A DNA stretch of 64,000 nt from Octopus bimaculoides (lineage: Eukaryota), in contig NC_068982.1 of NCBI RefSeq assembly GCF_001194135.2, positions 184,213,192 to 184,277,191 of the forward strand. Direction: 5' to 3'. The position numbers and the translations under genes are program-made. Below the pieces are notes generated by a model. The model was not told the DNA's origin. It searched no databases and saw only the letters and a program-made list of their open reading frames with translations. Positions within the stretch are counted from its first letter, which is position 1, and each line of letters starts with the position of its first letter. Positions 59,141-64,000 of the stretch are shown here, piece by piece.

Positions 59141-60429
59141 TTTGAAGTGGGGATTTGGCTACTATTTCTACAAGATCGAACAATGCCGTTCAGGCGTTCA
59201 AGTTGGCTCACCTGCGTTACTGTCGTTCATTGTTAATGGTGGNNNNNNNNNNNNNNNNNNNNNNNNNNNNNNNNNNNNNNNNNNNNNNNNNNNNNNNNNN
59301 NNNNNNNNNNNNNNNNNNNNNNNNNNNNNNNNNNNNNNNNNNNNNNNNNNNNNNNNNNNNNNNNNNNNNNNNNNNNNNNNNNNNNNNNNNNNNNNNNNNN
59401 NNNNNNNNNNNNNNNNNNNNNNNNNNNNNNNNNNNNNNNNNNNNNNNNNNNNNNNNNNNNNNNNNNNNNNNNNNNNNNNNNNNNNNNNNNNNNNNNNNNN
59501 NNNNNNNNNNNNNNNNNNNNNNNNNNNNNNNNNNNNNNNNNNNNNNNNNNNNNNNNNNNNNNNNNNNNNNNNNNNNNNNNNNNNNNNNNNNNNNNNNNNN
59601 NNNNNNNNNNNNNNNNNNNNNNNNNNNNNNNNNNNNNNNNNNNNNNNNNNNNNNNNNNNNNNNNNNNNNNNNNNNNNNNNNNNNNNNNNNNNNNNNNNNN
59701 NNNNNNNNNNNNNNNNNNNNNNNNNNNNNNNNNNNNNNNNNNNNNNNNNNNNNNNNNNNNNNNNNNNNNNNNNNNNNNNNNNNNNNNNNNNNNNNNNNNN
59801 NNNNNNNNNNNNNNNNNNNNNNNNNNNNNNNNNNNNNNNNNNNNNNNNNNNNNNNNNNNNNNNNNNNNNNNNNNNNNNNNNNNNNNNNNNNNNNNNNNNN
59901 NNNNNNNNNNNNNNNNNNNNNNNNNNNNNNNNNNNNNNNNNNNNNNNNNNNNNNNNNNNNNNNNNNNNNNNNNNNNNNNNNNNNNNNNNNNNNNNNNNNN
60001 NNNNNNNNNNNNNNNNNNNNNNNNNNNNNNNNNNNNNNNNNNNNNNNNNNNNNNNNNNNNNNNNNNNNNNNNNNNNNNNNNNNNNNNNNNNNNNNNNNNN
60101 NNNNNNNNNNNNNNNNNNNNNNNNNNNNNNGAGGTTTACAAAAGTGGAAAAGTTCAAAAGTTTTTTAGACGTCGTGGTATATTGAAGCGATTTCTAATCA
60201 GAAGATGGGTCCAGTGTAATCCGTGGGTAGGAGAGGTGCAGCCGGAGGGTATAAAGTTCAGAATCAAACAGTCCAGATCCAGAAGGAAAGAAGGTAGAAT
60301 CCAAAAGTTGGTAGTGTGTGATGAGAGGAGACAGGATTAGCTGGTGCGACCACGTGAGCGTGTATTATATGTGGGAGAATATACAAATAATAACAACAGA
60401 CGAGGACAGGTGGTGTATATATATATATG

Positions 60430-60463
<34 letters not shown>

Positions 60464-60490
60464 TGTATGTATGTATGTATGTTCTGTATG

Positions 60491-60521
<31 letters not shown>

Positions 60522-61120
60522 ATCATGCGCTCAGAAGTGAAAACCTGCTAAGCTGCGGTATTCGCTTCAAATCCAATAAACAGCCACCCAACGGCAGCAG
60601 GTGGCTCAAATCCTTCGAGAATGATCTGTTTGAAGTCATTGCAAACATTTGGATGTGTGTTTGTGTGTGTGTGTGTGTGCTTGTTCCAATCAACCTTACC
60701 TCTTCTCGTGTATGATGATGATGGCAAAGTGAACTAAGGAAAACCAAAACAATGATTTTCGTAATAGATGAAAGGAAGTCAGGAAATAATTGAATGCAGG
60801 AAACCAAAAGGAGTAATAAAGAGAGACAGATGTACTGTGAAGGAATGAAGAATGGAGAGAAATCAAAATGAAAACGCTCGAATAAGGTAGAATTTTGGTA
60901 GACGATAAAAGATTAAGACGATGGAAGATCGATAAATGGAATTGAAGAATGATACGTCAGAAGAGAAAGACACAATGGAGGGAGATATTAAAGAAATAAA
61001 GAGTTTAAACAGAAGAAAGAAAAGGGATAATTCAAAGGAAGGAAAAAGAAAAATAATGACTGATCTGTTGTTATCACTGGTGGAAGGTTCGTTAAACAGA
61101 AAGGCGGAAAACAGAAACGG

Positions 61121-61350
61121 CGGCGAGCTGGCAGAAACGTTAGCACGCCGGGCGAAATGCTTAGCGGTATTTCGTCTGCCGTTACGTTCTGAGTTCAAAT
61201 TCCGCCGAGGTCGACTTTGCCTTTCATCCTTTCGGGGTCGATTAAATTAAGTACCAGTTTCGCACTGGGGTCGATGTAATCGACTTAATCCGTTTGTCTG
61301 TCCTTGTTTGTCCGCTCTATGTTTAACCCCTTGTGGGCAATAAAGAAATT
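61121..61350 (+). mobile_element. SINE family A, best-preserved copy
   Basis: A-box-like TGGCAGAAACGTTAG and B-box GAGTTCAAATTCC. Confidence 0.85.
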
Positions 61351-61389
61351 AGAAAGGCGGAATACTGGATTTAATCGATATTACTGGTG

Positions 61390-61532
61390 TGAAGACGTGT
61401 GGCTTAGTGGTTAGGGTATTACACTCACGATGGTAAAATCGTGATTTCAAATCCCAGGCTGGGTGCTGCATTGTGTTTCTGAGCAAAACACTTCATTTCT
61501 TGTTGCTCCAGTCCATTCAGCTGTAAATGGGC
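61390..61532 (+). mobile_element. SINE (family B head, short body)
   Basis: GTGGCTTAGTGGTTAGGG...TTTCAAATCCC...GAGCAAAACACTTCATTTC. Confidence 0.7.
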
Positions 61533-62003
61533 TCCAGCAATAGCAGAGGAGAGGTGTTGTAAACTAAGTCATTAATACGCTATGAGAATAGCTCATGACA
61601 TGCCTAAGTATATAACTGGTATATATTTATCGTGCAGTTACTGTTAATACCTCGTTCAGAGATTTAACATTGGTATATATTTAATTAACCCTCAAAGATG
61701 CAAAATAAAACTGGGCCAGGTGGAATTTGAACTCCGAAAGTAAAGTAAAAAAATTATATTTCGGTACTCAAACCGTTTCTTCGGAATTGGGAAGTCATAA
61801 AGTATTAGGAGCTGGGAGTAGGGTCTATGATTGATTTATCGAATCAGATATGAAGGGGACTGCAACGATGAGATTTTCTGGTCCTTTTGGACTTTAGGTT
61901 GATTCATCGAAAATTTGGGAGGGATTTCTAGAGTTACGTGGATCTGGAGAGAAAGGACTGCGAAACGTGCCTCATGTAAAGTCTGGAAGGTTAGAAACGT
62001 GGA

Positions 62004-62055
62004 GATAATAAGATACAGGTAGATGGGGTGATAATAAGATACAGGTAGATGGGGT
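62004..62055. repeat. Perfect 26-bp tandem duplication
   Basis: GATAATAAGATACAGGTAGATGGGGT x2. Confidence 0.9.
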
Positions 62056-62496
62056 GAGTTAGCATGACTGTCAGGGTACTAGTGATGACCATAGTGTTGT
62101 TGTCGTGGTGGTGGTAGTGGTGGTGGTGGTGGTTCTTGTAAGGTGTTGGTGACTGTGGTATCGGTTGTAGTAGTAGTGGCAGTGTTAGTAATGGTGTCGT
62201 GGTGGTGATGATAGTGTTCGCGTTGATGATGGCAATGCTGATGGGGATGGTGGTATTAAGAATGGATGTTGAGGTGGTGGTGATGGTGACAGCGATGGTA
62301 GTATAGTAGTAGTGATAGTGATGTTGGTATTAGTGGTGGTGATGATGATGATGATGATGATGATGACGATTAAGGTGTTGATTGTGGTGGTGGTTTTAGT
62401 GGTGGTCACGGTGATCGTGATGTTTTAGTGGATGGACTTATAAAAATGGAAGTGGTATTGGTGTGTATACGTATTGTATGTATGTGTGTCTGTTTG

Positions 62497-63244
62497 GGAT
62501 CTAGTTCAAAACGGGGGCACCAGTTTTCATTTATGTTTTATGTAGTGTTTTTGGTACCGAAAGACTTTCAAACTTCGTATACTTATCTATTTTGTGTTAT
62601 AGAACAGAAAAAAAATTTTTGTATTCGAAGTTATTTCATGTAAAAAAATTGTCTTATTTCGATAATTTCAACCAATCACTGACAAGTATTCAGCTGTTTA
62701 CAGTTACTCCTTTGGCAGTTTAAGCGGTTCCTTTGGCAGTTTAAGCGGTGTAAAGCGTATTTAATTTCCATTACTTCTGACATTTTGCAGAGAGGCAACA
62801 CACGTGTGTTCGTTTTCCTTCGTTTTATTTTTAATATAATTTCGTTAACATGCCTGAACTGTATGTGTACAACATTTGCCCTAGCCCTAACCCTAACCCT
62901 TCCCTCAAAAACCAGGCCTTGTGCCTATAATAGAAAGGTTTATTAGCTACTGCCAATATGCTTCAGCCATTTTTTGACAAGGAAATAATAATTTTATCAC
63001 CGCCAGAATCGTTTGAGAATCGTTTGTTTACGTAGTCAGCACTTAATGTATTCAGCTGAATGGACGTCAGTCATTGGTTGAAATTACAGAAATACAACTT
63101 TAACATGAAATAAGTTGCAATATAATAATTTTTCTTAAGAAGACTAAGAGAAAAAGATGTTTTATATGACACATTCTACCAGTGTCCCAAGTTTCAAAGT
63201 GTTTCGTTAAGAAAATACTGGTGCCCCCGTTTTGAACTAGATCC
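62497..63244. mobile_element. 748-bp non-autonomous DNA transposon with perfect 28-bp TIRs and 6-bp TSD
   Basis: GGATCTAGTTCAAAACGGGGGCACCAGT at 62497-62524 and its reverse complement at 63217-63244; TGTTTG on both flanks (62491-62496, 63245-63250); imperfect inverted similarity continues inward (TTTCAACCAATCACTGAC / GTCAGTCATTGGTTGAAA). Confidence 0.85.
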
Positions 63245-63905
63245 TGTTTGTGTATNNNNNNNNNNNNNNNNNNNNNNNNNNNNNNNNNNNNNNNNNNNNN
63301 NNNNNNNNNNNNNNNNNNNNNNNNNNNNNNNNNNNNNNNNNNNNNNNNNNNNNNNNNNNNNNNNNNNNNNNNNNNNNNNNNNNNNNNNNNNNNNNNNNNN
63401 NNNNNNNNNNNNNNNNNNNNNNNNNNNNNNNNNNNNNNNNNNNNNNNNNNNNNNNNNNNNNNNNNNNNNNNNNNNNNNNNNNNNNNNNNNNNNNNNNNNN
63501 NNNNNNNNNNNNNNNNNNNNNNNNNNNNNNNNNNNNNNNNNNNNNNNNNNNNNNNNNNNNNNNNNNNNNNNNNNNNNNNNNNNNNNNNNNNNNNNNNNNN
63601 NNNNNNNNNNNNNNNNNNNNNNNNNNNNNNNNNNNNNNNNNNNNNNNNNNNNNNNNNNNNNNNNNNNNNNNNNNNNNNNNNNNNNNNNNNNNNNNNNNNN
63701 NNNNNNNNNNNNNNNNNNNNNNNNNNNNNNNNNNNNNNNNNNNNNNNNNNNNNNNNNNNNNNNNNNNNNNNNNNNNNNNNNNNNNNNNNNNNNNNNNNNN
63801 NNNNNNNNNNNNNNNNNNNNNNNNNNNNNNNNNNNNNNNNNNNNNNNNNNNNNNNNNNNNNNNNNNNNNNNNNNNNNNNNNNNNNNNNNNNNNNNNNNNN
63901 NNNNN

Positions 63906-63966
<61 letters not shown>

Positions 63967-64000
63967 ATATTCACACGTGAATGTATATGTGCTAGCTGTG

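Noticed and set aside
61121-61210. tRNA-like A/B boxes here and at 28970-29051, 36558, 55760-55840 and 56352
   Set aside because: They are heads of multi-copy SINEs continuing into shared bodies and tails; no complete cloverleaf, so not called tRNA genes.
62879-62900. Telomere-like CCCTAA repeats
   Set aside because: Only about three units, inside a MITE and adjoining a SINE-A-type tail; not a telomere or interstitial array.

Overview
AT-rich, microsatellite-dense metazoan genomic DNA with about 20 N-gaps, not a prokaryotic window. The tRNA-headed SINE families and simple-repeat load resemble an octopus (coleoid cephalopod) draft assembly; this is an inference. The only intact host genes are three co-oriented, intronless, gap-free colinear paralogues on the minus strand (5759-6406, 8648-9304, 13344-13991). 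They encode 215-218 aa polytopic membrane proteins of the AIG1/ADTRP (FAR-17a) Thr-His hydrolase family. All three keep the catalytic His. Copies 2 and 3 keep the Thr nucleophile, but copy 1 has Ser. The three copies share a conserved upstream module (full CRE, PAR-bZIP D-box-like site, YY1-like motif and a short upstream ORF). The rest is decayed mobile DNA: DD34D, DD37D and DD41D Tc1/mariner relics, RTE, CR1/Jockey-like, RLE-type and Penelope-like retroelements (one terminus carries a hammerhead-like motif), several SINE families and MITEs. There are also several foldback inverted duplications and two orphan promoter-like motif clusters. Nearly all other ORFs in the track are translations of microsatellites or N-runs.
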